Assembly (NCBI GenBank): GCA_041640655.1
Contig: JBEPZV010000008.1
Span: 1 to 64,000, forward strand
DNA: 64,000 nt
Origin: a bacterium
GTDB taxonomy: Bacteria; Acidobacteriota; Blastocatellia; HR10
Reading direction: 5' to 3'
Part shown: in pieces, positions 38,527 to 48,043 of the stretch
Numbering within the stretch: the stretch's first letter is position 1
Layout of the letters: the number at the start of each line of letters is the position of its first letter
Translations under genes and position numbers: made by a program
Notes under the pieces: model-generated
The model's database searches: none
Seen by the model: the letters and a program-made list of their open reading frames with translations, nothing else
What the model was told of the DNA's origin: nothing

Positions 38527-38575
38527 GGGGCGGAGGCCTCGAGCGGGGTGCCGCATCGCGCGAGAGAGGGCCGAC

Positions 38576-39784
38576 ATGGTCGTCAGGCTTCGATTCCTGC
38601 AGTTCTCCGACGTCCATCTGGACTCCCGATTGACCGGCTCGCAACTGGCCTGGCCCCAGGAGAAGCGCGAGCAGCGCCGCCGAGAGCTCACCAAGCTGGT
38701 GGAGAAAGCCTGCCGCCTCGCCCGCGAGCACAAGGTCGAGGCTCTATTCATCCCCGGCGATCTCTGGGATGATGAGGCGATCTCGGCCGAGACCATCGCG
38801 TGCGTCCGGGAGGCTTTCGCGTCGCTCGATCCCGTCCCCGTCTTCATCGCCCCTGGCAATCACGACTGCTGCTCGCCCACGTCGTTTTACTCCGACGAGG
38901 TCCTGCGCGCGCGCGGCATGCGCCCATGGCCGAAGAACGTCACCATCTTCCGAACGGCCGAATTCAGGACGGTGCCGCATCCGGCGCGCCCGGAGGTCAC
39001 GGTCACCGGACGCGCGCACGTGCGCAACGTGCCTTTGGAAGAGCGGCTGTTGAGCGCTCCGATTCCGCGTCCCCCAGCTTCAATAAGCGTGCTGCTCTTT
39101 CACGGATCATGGATCGAATACGCCGGGCGCGACCGCTTTGAGCAGGAGAAGATGTTCACAGCCCCATTCTCCCGCCAGGAGCTGCTCGCGCAAGGCTTCT
39201 CCTATGCGGCCCTCGGCCATTACCACCACTATGCCGAGATCACCGACGCGGAGGGGCGCGTGCGCGCCGCCTACACCGGATGTCTCGCCGGTCGCTATCT
39301 CTCGGAGGCCGGTCCTCATTACGCCCTGCTCGGGGAGATCGGCGAGCACGGCCTCCTCGCGATGGAGAAGATTCGCGTGGATGAGCGGATGATCCACGAT
39401 GTGAAAGTGGACGTGACCGGAGTTGAGACCGAAAGCGGCTTGCGCGAGCGCGTCATCGGGAGACTGCGCGAGCATGGCGCCACGGCCTCGGACATCATCT
39501 TCCTGCGGGTGCAGGGACGGCTTCCGCGGGGCCTTCGCCCGGCGTTCATCCTCGAAGATCTGCAACACGAGTATTTCCACCTGGCCCTCGCCGATCGCAC
39601 GCGTCCGGCGTATGATCTGGACACGGCCGATCCGCGCACGACGCAGGGTCGCTTCATCCAAGAGATGCGGCGGCGCATCACGGAGACGTCCGATCCACAG
39701 GAACGCGCGTTTCTGGAACGGGTGCTCGACTACGGCCTCGATGCGCTCATCCAGGGCGAGGTGAAGCCCATCTACGAGGAGTGA
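38576..39784 (+). CDS. Mre11/SbcD-like metallophosphoesterase (YhaO-like)
   Basis: SDVHLD, GDLWD, GNHD, FHGS, LGHYH. Confidence 0.9.
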   Translation: MVVRLRFLQFSDVHLDSRLTGSQLAWPQEKREQRRRELTKLVEKACRLAREHKVEALFIPGDLWDDEAISAETIACVREAFASLDPVPVFIAPGNHDCCSPTSFYSDEVLRARGMRPWPKNVTIFRTAEFRTVPHPARPEVTVTGRAHVRNVPLEERLLSAPIPRPPASISVLLFHGSWIEYAGRDRFEQEKMFTAPFSRQELLAQGFSYAALGHYHHYAEITDAEGRVRAAYTGCLAGRYLSEAGPHYALLGEIGEHGLLAMEKIRVDERMIHDVKVDVTGVETESGLRERVIGRLREHGATASDIIFLRVQGRLPRGLRPAFILEDLQHEYFHLALADRTRPAYDLDTADPRTTQGRFIQEMRRRITETSDPQERAFLERVLDYGLDALIQGEVKPIYEE

Positions 39785-39812
39785 CGCGCACCCATCAGGA
39801 GAGCGTGCGGCC

Positions 39813-42743
39813 ATGAAGATCGAACGCCTGCATCTGATCGGCTTCGGGAAGCTGCGGAATTGTGCGGTCGTCTTCGACCCCGACAAGGTGAACCTCCTCA
39901 TCGAGGAGAACGAATTCGGCAAGAGCACGATCGTCGCGGCCATCGTGGCTGCGCTCTACGGCTTCCCTCCCCGCGAGCGCACGACGCCGGATGCGCTCGC
40001 CGAGCGCGAGGTGTATCGTCCCGATGATGACGGACCATATCAGGTGAGCTTGGAGGTGCGCGTTCCCGATCGGCATGGCTGGACCCGCCTGCGCATCCTC
40101 AGGGACTTCCGCCGCGGCCGCCCGCGGGTCTACAACCTCTCGGAAGGAGGGAAGGAGATCACGGATGAGTTCGCCCAGCAGCGGAAGGAGATCGGGGAGA
40201 TTCTTCTCGGGCTCTCTCGCGAACAGTTCGTGAACACGTGCCTCGTTCGACAGGCGGCGCTTCAAGTGCTTCCCGATCTGAGCGACCTCGCCGCGCAGCT
40301 TCAGAAGATCGCCGATGCCGAGACCGGGGATCGGACGGCGGCCGACGCCATAAGGGCCTTGAGGAAAGCCCTTCAGGAATTCCCCGCCTCGCGCATGGGG
40401 AGCGGGCCGCTGATGATTGACACCGAGCTCCAGCGCGCGAAGGCGGAATTGGAGCGCATTCATAAGGAGTTGGAGCAGTTGGATCAGGAGCGCCGCCGGA
40501 TTGAACCGCAACTGGTTCGAATCGGTGATCTGGAGCGCGAGATCGAAGAGGCGCAGGCGCGGCAGCGGCTCGCGCACTACTTGCGCGAACGCGCCGAATA
40601 TGAGCAGCTGGAACGCGCGCGCGAGCGACGAGAGAGCCTCGAAGCGGAACGACATCGCCTGCGCCAGGAATACGAGGCGCTCGCGCCTTACGAGACGTTC
40701 CCGGCGGCGCAGCTCGCGAACCTGGAGAGTTGGATGGGCGCTCTGCGCCGGATCGCGCGCGAACGCGCGGCGCTCGAGGAGCAGCTCGGACACGCGCGTC
40801 GCCGATATGCCGAGATCCGAGAGCAGGAGGGACGATTCGGCCCGCTCGCGTCCTTCACTCCAGCAGATCGCGAGCAACTGGTCGTGCTCGCCGAGCAGTA
40901 CAAAGAGCTTCACGAGAAGATTCATGAAGGGCGGCAGAAAGTGCACGCCGAGCAGCAGCGACTCGCCGAGCGCGGCATTCACCTTGAGGAGTTCGAGCGA
41001 TGGCGCGAGCGAGTGGGCACCCTCGATTTGGAGGAGCGTCGGCGCGCGCTCGAAGCCGAGGCGCGCCGGAGCGATCTCCAGCGCCAGAGCCGCCTCGCGG
41101 AAGAGCGCCGGGAAGAACATCTGGCGCTCTGCGCGGAGATCGAGCGAGAGCGCGATCGCGCGCGCCAATGGGCGGAACGCACGCTCATCCTCCCGCTGAT
41201 GGGGGGCATCATCACCTCGATCGCCCTCCTTCTCGGATTCGATCGCGCGAGCATTCTGCCCGGCCTTCTGACGGCACTGTCGCTCGGTCTCTGGCTCGCC
41301 CTTCGCCGCACTGCCAGAACGCACCGTCGGCAGGAATGGATGCGCGCTCGAGCGGAAGCCGATCGCCTTCAGCAGCAGATCGAGAGCCTGCATATCGAGC
41401 GCGCGCAGCTTGAGGACCAGATGCGTCCGCTTCTCGCCCGGACGGGATTGGAGTCGTTGGAGTCTCTGGCGCACGCCTGCAGGCGGCTGGAGACCTTGAC
41501 GGCGGAACTGCAGCCTCTGCTTTTTGAGCGCTCGACCCTTCGCGATCGTGAGCGCGAATTCGAGCAGAAGCGAGGCCAGCTCCGCGCGTTCCTGGATCGA
41601 GCCGGACGCCCGAGCGACGAACCGATTCAGGAGGAGATCGAACGCCTGATCCGAGATCTCGATCGCGTGTTCGAGCTCAAGCACGAGCGGACGCAGCTTG
41701 ATGAGGAGCTGGCTCAAGAGGAAGCCAAACGAGAGGATGTGCTCCGAGAGGAACAGGAATACCGCGAGCGCATCCTCGCCCTGCTTCGGGAGGCCCATGC
41801 CGTTGATCCCACGGAGACGACCCCATCGCTGGAGGGCATAGAAGCGGCGGTCGCGCGCTTTCGAGAGGGGATCGAGCGCTACAACGCCCTACAACGCGTG
41901 AAGCGAGAGCTCAAACAAGTGGAACGAGACCTCATGACGCTTCCCGAGCTTCCCATCCTCCTTGAGCAGCGCACGCGCGTGCGCGAGAGCCTCAGCCGGC
42001 GGGAAGCCGAGGATCCCGGACTCGCTGCCCATGTGCCCGAACGCTCCCCCGAGGAGTATGCGAGCGAAGCCGAACGCTGGAGCGCGTGCGAGCGCGCCCG
42101 GCATGAAGAACTGAAGCGACTCCAAATGCAAATCGCCGCCATACTCGATCGCCATGAGAAGCGGCGCCCTGAGCTCCTCGAACAGGAGCAGGACTTGAAG
42201 CAGCATCTGGAGCGCGTCCAAAACTTCAAACGGGCCGTCGAGTACGCGCTCGAGGTCTTCGAGCGGATCGCGCGGGAGATTCACGATCAGTGGGCCGAAG
42301 CCCTCACGGACATCTCCAGCGAATTGCTCCGCACCCTTCAGACCGATTACGCGGCTCTCCGTTTCGATCGGGAGCTGCGGCTGCGCGTCGCCCTGAGGGA
42401 ACGGGACGACATCCTGCAGACGAATCAGCTTCGCTCGCAGCTCTCGCTCGGCACGCGCGAGCAACTCAGCCTGATCGCGCGCCTCGCTGTCAGCCGCTAC
42501 CTCTCGCGCGATCGTCGCCTGCCGCTCATCCTCGATGAACCCTTCGCCAACTCCGATGATGCGCGCTTCGCGCGACTCATGCGCCTTCTGCTCGGCGATC
42601 TCTCGCGCGAGCACCAGATTATTATCACCAGTTGCCACCGGCAGCGACACGAATGGCTCAAGACCCAATATCCCGACCTCTTCGTCCAGCGTGTCTATTG
42701 GTGCACCCTGGGTCCCCTTCACACCTCTGGGCCTTCGCGCTGA
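39813..42743 (+). CDS. Rad50/SbcC-like SMC ATPase (YhaN-like) with internal TM hairpin
   Basis: ENEFGKST, long coiled coil, LSLGTREQ, LILDEPF, TSCH. Confidence 0.88.
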   Translation: MKIERLHLIGFGKLRNCAVVFDPDKVNLLIEENEFGKSTIVAAIVAALYGFPPRERTTPDALAEREVYRPDDDGPYQVSLEVRVPDRHGWTRLRILRDFRRGRPRVYNLSEGGKEITDEFAQQRKEIGEILLGLSREQFVNTCLVRQAALQVLPDLSDLAAQLQKIADAETGDRTAADAIRALRKALQEFPASRMGSGPLMIDTELQRAKAELERIHKELEQLDQERRRIEPQLVRIGDLEREIEEAQARQRLAHYLRERAEYEQLERARERRESLEAERHRLRQEYEALAPYETFPAAQLANLESWMGALRRIARERAALEEQLGHARRRYAEIREQEGRFGPLASFTPADREQLVVLAEQYKELHEKIHEGRQKVHAEQQRLAERGIHLEEFERWRERVGTLDLEERRRALEAEARRSDLQRQSRLAEERREEHLALCAEIERERDRARQWAERTLILPLMGGIITSIALLLGFDRASILPGLLTALSLGLWLALRRTARTHRRQEWMRARAEADRLQQQIESLHIERAQLEDQMRPLLARTGLESLESLAHACRRLETLTAELQPLLFERSTLRDREREFEQKRGQLRAFLDRAGRPSDEPIQEEIERLIRDLDRVFELKHERTQLDEELAQEEAKREDVLREEQEYRERILALLREAHAVDPTETTPSLEGIEAAVARFREGIERYNALQRVKRELKQVERDLMTLPELPILLEQRTRVRESLSRREAEDPGLAAHVPERSPEEYASEAERWSACERARHEELKRLQMQIAAILDRHEKRRPELLEQEQDLKQHLERVQNFKRAVEYALEVFERIAREIHDQWAEALTDISSELLRTLQTDYAALRFDRELRLRVALRERDDILQTNQLRSQLSLGTREQLSLIARLAVSRYLSRDRRLPLILDEPFANSDDARFARLMRLLLGDLSREHQIIITSCHRQRHEWLKTQYPDLFVQRVYWCTLGPLHTSGPSR

Positions 42744-42762
42744 GCCTCAAATCTTCGGAAGC

Positions 42763-42799
42763 TTCCAAATTTCTGGAAGATTCTTCCGAAAATTTGGAA
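42763..42799. promoter_or_regulatory. Tandem TTCC-N8-GGAA palindromes (candidate UAS)
   Basis: TTCCaaatttctGGAA (42763-42778) and TTCCgaaaatttGGAA (42784-42799). Confidence 0.8.
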
Positions 42800-42822
42800 G
42801 CCCCGAAAGACCGGTCTCTCGC

Positions 42823-42835
42823 TAAGTCATTGATT
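42823..42835 (-). promoter_or_regulatory. IHF-binding consensus site
   Basis: Reverse complement AATCAAtgacTTA matches WATCAANNNNTTR. Confidence 0.75.
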
Positions 42836-42863
42836 TTTCGAAGTTGAAGCTTCACAGAGAGCC

Positions 42864-42880
42864 TTGGCACGATACTTGCT
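42864..42880 (+). promoter_or_regulatory. sigma54 (-24/-12) promoter of the TBDR
   Basis: TTGGCACGatacTTGCT matches TGGCACG-N4-TTGCW. Confidence 0.9.
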
Positions 42881-42933
42881 AAGTCAAAAAGCCGAAAAGA
42901 GCAGTGAAAACCGAGCTAAGGGGGGCTTAGGGT

Positions 42934-45900
42934 ATGTTGAGACGAATCGTGGTGAGCCCACTCCTTCTGGTCTTCGGGCTCTTCCCCACCATCTGGGGAC
43001 AGGCCAATACGGGACGATTGGATGGGACCGTTCAAGACCCGCAGGGGGCGTACCTGCCGGGGGTGAAGGTTGAGGTGGTGAACACCGCCACCAATGCCAA
43101 ATGGACGACGCAGACCGACGCTCAAGGTGTGTTCATCTTCCCCGTTCTCCCGGTCGGCACGTACACGCTGACGGCTGAAGCTCCGGGATTCAAGAAGTTC
43201 GTGCGTGAGAACATTCGCGTGGATGTGGCCGTCTACGCTTCGGTGAACGTGAGACTGGAGGTCGGGGGAGTTGTGGAAGAAGTCACCGTCACGTCTACCG
43301 GTGAGGAGGTCATCAGTAAGACCAGTCAGGAGCTGACGACTGTCATCAGTCGGCGTCCGATCCTGGACATGCCGCTGGTCGCGCGCAATCCGATCACGCT
43401 GGCGACGCTCTCGGCGGGGGTCACGACATCCGGAGGCGAGCGCGCGTCGCGAATCAACGGCTTGCGCCAATCGGTCATCAACATCACGCAGGATGGGATC
43501 AACGTGCAGGACAACTTCCTCCGTTCGGGCGACGGCTTCTTCATCATCTCCTCGCCAACGGTGGAGAATGTCGAGCAGTTCAGCATCACGACGAGCACAG
43601 CGGATGCATCGGCCACCGGCAGTGGGGCCGTCTTCATCCGTTTGGTGACGCCGAGCGGCAGCAATGAATTTCACGGCAGCCTCTTCGAATTCCATCGGAA
43701 CACGGTCCTGAATGCGAACTCGTTCTTCAACAATCTGACGGGCACGCCGCGCGAGAAGCTCATTCGCAATCAGTTCGGCGGGCGGGCGAGCTTCCCCATC
43801 GTGAAGAACAAGATCTTCATGTTCACCTCGCTCGACATCACGACCACCGCCAGTGAAGTCACGCGCAATCGGACGGTGTTGACCGAGGAGGCGCGCCGAG
43901 GGATCTTCCGATATCGCGATACGAGCGGACAGATTCGAACGGTGGACCTCTTCCAGGCTGGGGGGATTGGGCCGGATCCGTTCATCATGCGGATCATCAA
44001 CGAGCGGTATCCGCTGCCGAACAACTTCCAGATCGGCGACGGATTGGTCACGGGGGGATTCCGGTGGAACGTCCCGACGTTCAGTCGCGTCATTCGACCG
44101 AGCTGGCGCGTGGACTGGCGGATCAACAACACGCACACGGCGGAAGCGATCTATCACCTCGTCCGCTTTGATACAGACAATGACACCCTCAATGGCTTCG
44201 AGCCCATGTTTCCCGGCATGAAGGGGGGATTTCAAGACTCGTGGCGTTCGACCGGATCGTTCGCCGTTCGCTCGACCTTCGGCCCCGATAAGGTGAACGA
44301 GGCGCGATTCGGATTCCAGCGAGCTCCGGTCATCTTCGGGCAGGAATTCGACGCCTTCGAGCTGGGCGGAAAGTTCTACTGGGTGGACTTCCCTACGATC
44401 ACCGACCCGCATCTGATTGGGATCACCAGTGGTCGGAACACCTCGAACTTCCAGTGGCTCGACAACTTCGCCTGGATTCGCGGCCGGCATACGCTCCGCT
44501 TCGGCGGCGACTTTCGTTCCATCGTCGGCAACCAGACGGCGAACACGACCGGGACGGTCCCGACGCTCACCATCGGCTTCAATGCGGCGAATCCCTCACC
44601 TCTGCCGACGGCGGCCTTCCCGGCGAGCACGACGGCGACGCGTACGCTGGCGCAGAACGTCTACGCGATCCTGATCGGTCAAATCGCGGGCGTCTCGCAG
44701 ACCTTCAATGTGAAAGATCCGCAGTCGGGTTTCGTCGAGGGTGAATTCTTCCGCCACCGGATCCGACAGCGGTATTGGGGCTTCTACTTCTCCGACTCCT
44801 GGCGCGCGCGGCCGAACCTGACGTTCAACTACGGGATTCGGTACGAATACATGACGGTGCCCGATCAGCTGAACCGGCTGGCGCTTCAGCCTGTGGGCGG
44901 CGAGGCCGCATATTTTGGCATCTCCGGCAAAGGGAATCTCTTCCGCCCCGGGGTGATGACCGGATCGCCGGTGATGCTCGACCTGGCCGGCTCCTCCAAT
45001 GGACGGAAGTTCTACAATGAGGACCTGAACAACTTCGCCCCCAGCTTTGGCTTCGCCTGGTCGCCGGAGCAACGGAACTGGTTCACGCGCGTCTTCTTCG
45101 GTGGACCGGGCAGGGGCGTCATCCGCGGCGGCTACTCGATCGCGTATTCCCTCGAGAGCGTGAGCGTGATCACTAATGCCTTGGGCAACAACCTGGGGTT
45201 CACCAAGACGATCTCGCTCACGACGGCTGCTCAGGGGATCCAGGGCGGCGCGAACTTCACGTCGCTTCGCAACGGATGGCCGAAGCCAACCATTCCGGTC
45301 TTCCGCGTGCCGATTCCGCAACTGGAGAATTTCCGCGAGAATCGAGGCAGCGGAATCTTCGGCTTCGCCCAGGACCTGCGTACGCCCTATGTGCAGACCT
45401 GGTCGCTCAGCTACGGACGCGAACTCATGCCCAATCTCGCCCTGGAGGTCAGCTACGTGGGCAATCGCGGGGTGAAGCTCTGGCGCGGTATTGATCTCAA
45501 TGAGACGAACATCTTCGAGAACGGCTTCCTGCAGGAGTTCCTCAACGCGCAGCGGAATCTGGCGATCAGCCGGGCACAGGGCCGCGGCGCGCGCTTTGAT
45601 AACCAAGGCCTGCCGGGTCAAGTGCCACTGCCGATCTTCGAGACGCTGTTCGCCGGACTGCCACTCTCCTCGGGCTTCGGCAATTCGACCTTCATCCTCC
45701 GCTTGGATCAGAACGAAGCCGGAGAGCTGGCCAGTCAACTCTTCCTGAACTTCCTCAACGCGCTGACCGGTCCGCGCGGCAATCTGCCGATCAACCTCTT
45801 CGTGGTCAATCCCGAGGCATTCTTCTCTGACGTGATCACCAATGGCTCCTCCTCCAACTACCATTCGCTTCAGGTGGAAGTGCGCCGGCGCTTCTCCGCG

Positions 45901-46635
45901 GGCTTGCAGTTCACGGCGAACTACACCTTCGGCAAAGCGCTCACGGACTTCGAAGGCTCTGGCTCCAACTTCGCGGCGTTCATCAGCCTGCGCCATCCGC
46001 GATACGAGTACCGGCGCGCGAGCTTTGACACCCGGCACCGGTTCAATGCCTACTTCATTTACGAGCTGCCGTTCGGCTCGGGCAAGCGTTTCCTGAACAC
46101 GAGCGGCTGGGTGGACAAGCTCTTCGGCGGATGGCAGATGAGCGGCATCTTCATCGCCTATACGGGGCAGCCGCTCTCGATCTTCTCCGGGCGCGGGACG
46201 ATCAACCGCGCGGGCCGTTCGGGCAGCAATACCGTGGACCTCATCGGGATGACGGTGGAGGACCTGAAGAAGCTCGTGAGAGTGCGCAAGACGGGCTCCG
46301 GGGTCTTCTACTTCGATCCCTCGTTGATCGGGCCCGATGGGCGCGCCGCGTCGAGCGTCTTCACCAATCCGCAGCCCGGGCGACTGGGCTCACTCGGCTT
46401 CGGTGTTCTGAGCACGCCCGGATACTGGCGCTTCGACTTCAACCTGCTCAAGCGCGTGCGCATCACTGAGGCGGTGACTTTCGAGTTCCGATCCGAGTTC
46501 TTCAACCTCTTCAATGCGGTGAGCTTCGGCGCCCCGACGACTGACATCAACAGCACGAACTTCGGGCGCATCAGTGGCCACAACGGCGCGTACGATCCGC
46601 GGATCGTGCAATTCGGCGCGCGGATCAACTGGTGA
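42934..46635 (+). CDS. Oar-type TonB-dependent receptor with N-terminal carboxypeptidase-regulatory-like domain
   Basis: Signal; SGSNEFHGSLFEFHRN..LNAN; RNQFGG; NNFAPSFGFAW; PRIVQFGARINW. Confidence 0.93.
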   Translation: MLRRIVVSPLLLVFGLFPTIWGQANTGRLDGTVQDPQGAYLPGVKVEVVNTATNAKWTTQTDAQGVFIFPVLPVGTYTLTAEAPGFKKFVRENIRVDVAVYASVNVRLEVGGVVEEVTVTSTGEEVISKTSQELTTVISRRPILDMPLVARNPITLATLSAGVTTSGGERASRINGLRQSVINITQDGINVQDNFLRSGDGFFIISSPTVENVEQFSITTSTADASATGSGAVFIRLVTPSGSNEFHGSLFEFHRNTVLNANSFFNNLTGTPREKLIRNQFGGRASFPIVKNKIFMFTSLDITTTASEVTRNRTVLTEEARRGIFRYRDTSGQIRTVDLFQAGGIGPDPFIMRIINERYPLPNNFQIGDGLVTGGFRWNVPTFSRVIRPSWRVDWRINNTHTAEAIYHLVRFDTDNDTLNGFEPMFPGMKGGFQDSWRSTGSFAVRSTFGPDKVNEARFGFQRAPVIFGQEFDAFELGGKFYWVDFPTITDPHLIGITSGRNTSNFQWLDNFAWIRGRHTLRFGGDFRSIVGNQTANTTGTVPTLTIGFNAANPSPLPTAAFPASTTATRTLAQNVYAILIGQIAGVSQTFNVKDPQSGFVEGEFFRHRIRQRYWGFYFSDSWRARPNLTFNYGIRYEYMTVPDQLNRLALQPVGGEAAYFGISGKGNLFRPGVMTGSPVMLDLAGSSNGRKFYNEDLNNFAPSFGFAWSPEQRNWFTRVFFGGPGRGVIRGGYSIAYSLESVSVITNALGNNLGFTKTISLTTAAQGIQGGANFTSLRNGWPKPTIPVFRVPIPQLENFRENRGSGIFGFAQDLRTPYVQTWSLSYGRELMPNLALEVSYVGNRGVKLWRGIDLNETNIFENGFLQEFLNAQRNLAISRAQGRGARFDNQGLPGQVPLPIFETLFAGLPLSSGFGNSTFILRLDQNEAGELASQLFLNFLNALTGPRGNLPINLFVVNPEAFFSDVITNGSSSNYHSLQVEVRRRFSAGLQFTANYTFGKALTDFEGSGSNFAAFISLRHPRYEYRRASFDTRHRFNAYFIYELPFGSGKRFLNTSGWVDKLFGGWQMSGIFIAYTGQPLSIFSGRGTINRAGRSGSNTVDLIGMTVEDLKKLVRVRKTGSGVFYFDPSLIGPDGRAASSVFTNPQPGRLGSLGFGVLSTPGYWRFDFNLLKRVRITEAVTFEFRSEFFNLFNAVSFGAPTTDINSTNFGRISGHNGAYDPRIVQFGARINW

Positions 46636-46646
46636 GGTGCTGGCCT

Positions 46647-46687
46647 GGCCCCCGCGGGCGAGCGGCGAGGCCGCCCGCAGGGGGCCA
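46647..46687 (+). terminator. GC-rich hairpin after the TBDR
   Basis: tggccccc.gcgggcg ... cgcccgc.aggggcca; no U-tract. Confidence 0.45.
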
Positions 46688-46696
46688 CCGCCCGGC

Positions 46697-46725
46697 TTGA
46701 CGCCCGCAGGCATCCTCACTAAGAT
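46697..46725 (+). promoter_or_regulatory. tRNA promoter TTGACG-N17-TAAGAT
   Basis: Ends about 20 nt upstream of the tRNA. Confidence 0.7.
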
Positions 46726-46744
46726 ATACACCGGCAACTGCGGT

Positions 46745-46832
46745 GGGGATGTGGCGGAACTGGCAGACGCGCAGCGCTCAGGACGCTGTGGACGTTACGT
46801 CCGTGGAGGTTCAAGTCCTCTCATCCCCACCA
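46745..46832 (+). tRNA. tRNA-Leu(CAG)
   Basis: Acceptor GGGGATG/CATCCCC, anticodon arm cagcg-CTCAGGA-cgctg, long variable arm, GTTCAAGT T-loop, encoded ACCA. Confidence 0.96.
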
Positions 46833-46894
46833 CCCTTTTTCCGGGACTGAGCTTCCCGTCGCCCTGAAGATCGGCTAAACTCCCCGCGAGGGTT

Positions 46895-47488
46895 ATGGAG
46901 GCATCGCTCGTTGCCATAGACGTCGCGTTTCTACTGCCAGAGGACGTTCAGAAGCGGGCCGAGGCCGTGAACGCGAGGCTGTGGGCGCAGGGCCAGGGAG
47001 GGTTTCGCTTCGACCAGACGCACTGGCCGCACATCACGCTCCTTCAGCAGTTCGTCCGACGCTCGCGCCTGCCCGAGATCTTCGCAGCCGTGGAGTCGCA
47101 GCTTGAGGCGTTCTCCCCAATGACGCTCACGGTCTCCGGGATCGAAGCCCGTGGCGAGACCGTGCAGTTTGTCATCGCACCGCATCCGGAGTTGCAACGG
47201 CTCCATGAGCGCCTCATGGACGCGCTCGCGCCCTTTGATGAGGGGGATGGGCCTGCTGAGGCCTTCGCCGATGGCGACGAACCGCCCCGACCGCGCGACC
47301 TCGAATGGGTCCGAAACTACCGCGCGCAAGCCTCCGGCGCGCACTACTTCCCACATATCACCCTGGGCAAGGGCGTGGTGACCGAGCCGATCGCTCCCTT
47401 CTCCTTCACGGCCGATCGCCTCGCTCTCTGTCAACTCGGGCGCTTTTGCACGTGCCGTGTGATCCTACGGGAATGGAGGTTGACGTAG
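46895..47488 (+). CDS. 2H phosphoesterase (2'-5' RNA ligase-like family)
   Basis: Two PHITL motifs. Confidence 0.85.
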   Translation: MEASLVAIDVAFLLPEDVQKRAEAVNARLWAQGQGGFRFDQTHWPHITLLQQFVRRSRLPEIFAAVESQLEAFSPMTLTVSGIEARGETVQFVIAPHPELQRLHERLMDALAPFDEGDGPAEAFADGDEPPRPRDLEWVRNYRAQASGAHYFPHITLGKGVVTEPIAPFSFTADRLALCQLGRFCTCRVILREWRLT

Positions 47489-48025
47489 ATGAGCGACACG
47501 CTGGGCTTGCTATTCCGAACCGCACAGCGCACCCCGCTTCGGGTGGGGATTCTCATCGCACTGCTTCTTATGCTCGCATTCTCGCTTGCGGATACGCAGC
47601 GCGCGGCACGGCCGGATCGCATCGCTTTCGAAGTGAGCGCGGATCGGCTGGAGTACGTCTACAACCTCATGCCTCCGCGCCCTCCCGTTGTCCCCGGACC
47701 CACCGTGCGCGTGCGCATCCGCCTCACGAATGAGTCGGCCGAAGCGCTCGCGCTCGATTTCCTCAGCTCGCAACGGTTCGATGTCCTTCTGGAGGATGAG
47801 CGAGGGGAGGTCGTCTTTCGCTGGTCCGAAGGCAAAATCTTCCTCCCCGTGCTCGGCCGTGAGACTGTGAAGCCTGGAGATTCGCTCGTCTACGAGGCGA
47901 CGTTCGCGCTGCCGGGTTCGGATCGGGGGATTCTGCCTGCCGGACGATATGTGCTGCGAGGGCTGCTTGTGGCCGAGACGCCATTTTCCGGCGCCCTGCC
48001 TGTGCGGATCGTCCACGCCCACTAG
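47489..48025 (+). CDS. Exported protein with BsuPI (intracellular proteinase inhibitor)-like domain
   Basis: F.SSQRFDV...VFRWSEGKIF...LPAGRYVL. Confidence 0.7.
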   Translation: MSDTLGLLFRTAQRTPLRVGILIALLLMLAFSLADTQRAARPDRIAFEVSADRLEYVYNLMPPRPPVVPGPTVRVRIRLTNESAEALALDFLSSQRFDVLLEDERGEVVFRWSEGKIFLPVLGRETVKPGDSLVYEATFALPGSDRGILPAGRYVLRGLLVAETPFSGALPVRIVHAH

Positions 48026-48043
48026 CTGAAGGAGCCGCGCACG

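Noticed and set aside
36973..41798. 628-aa and 667-aa minus-strand ORFs
   Set aside because: Shadows of the NtrC regulator and the SMC-like ATPase, which carry the real motifs.
33946..42799. TTCC-N8-GGAA clusters as ends of a mobile element or a mini-CRISPR
   Set aside because: No transposase, integrase or cas genes, no spacers, and both clusters sit at enhancer distance from -24/-12 boxes.
46745..46832. tRNA as an integration site of a genomic island
   Set aside because: No integrase, no duplicated tRNA 3' end seen, and no evident compositional shift.
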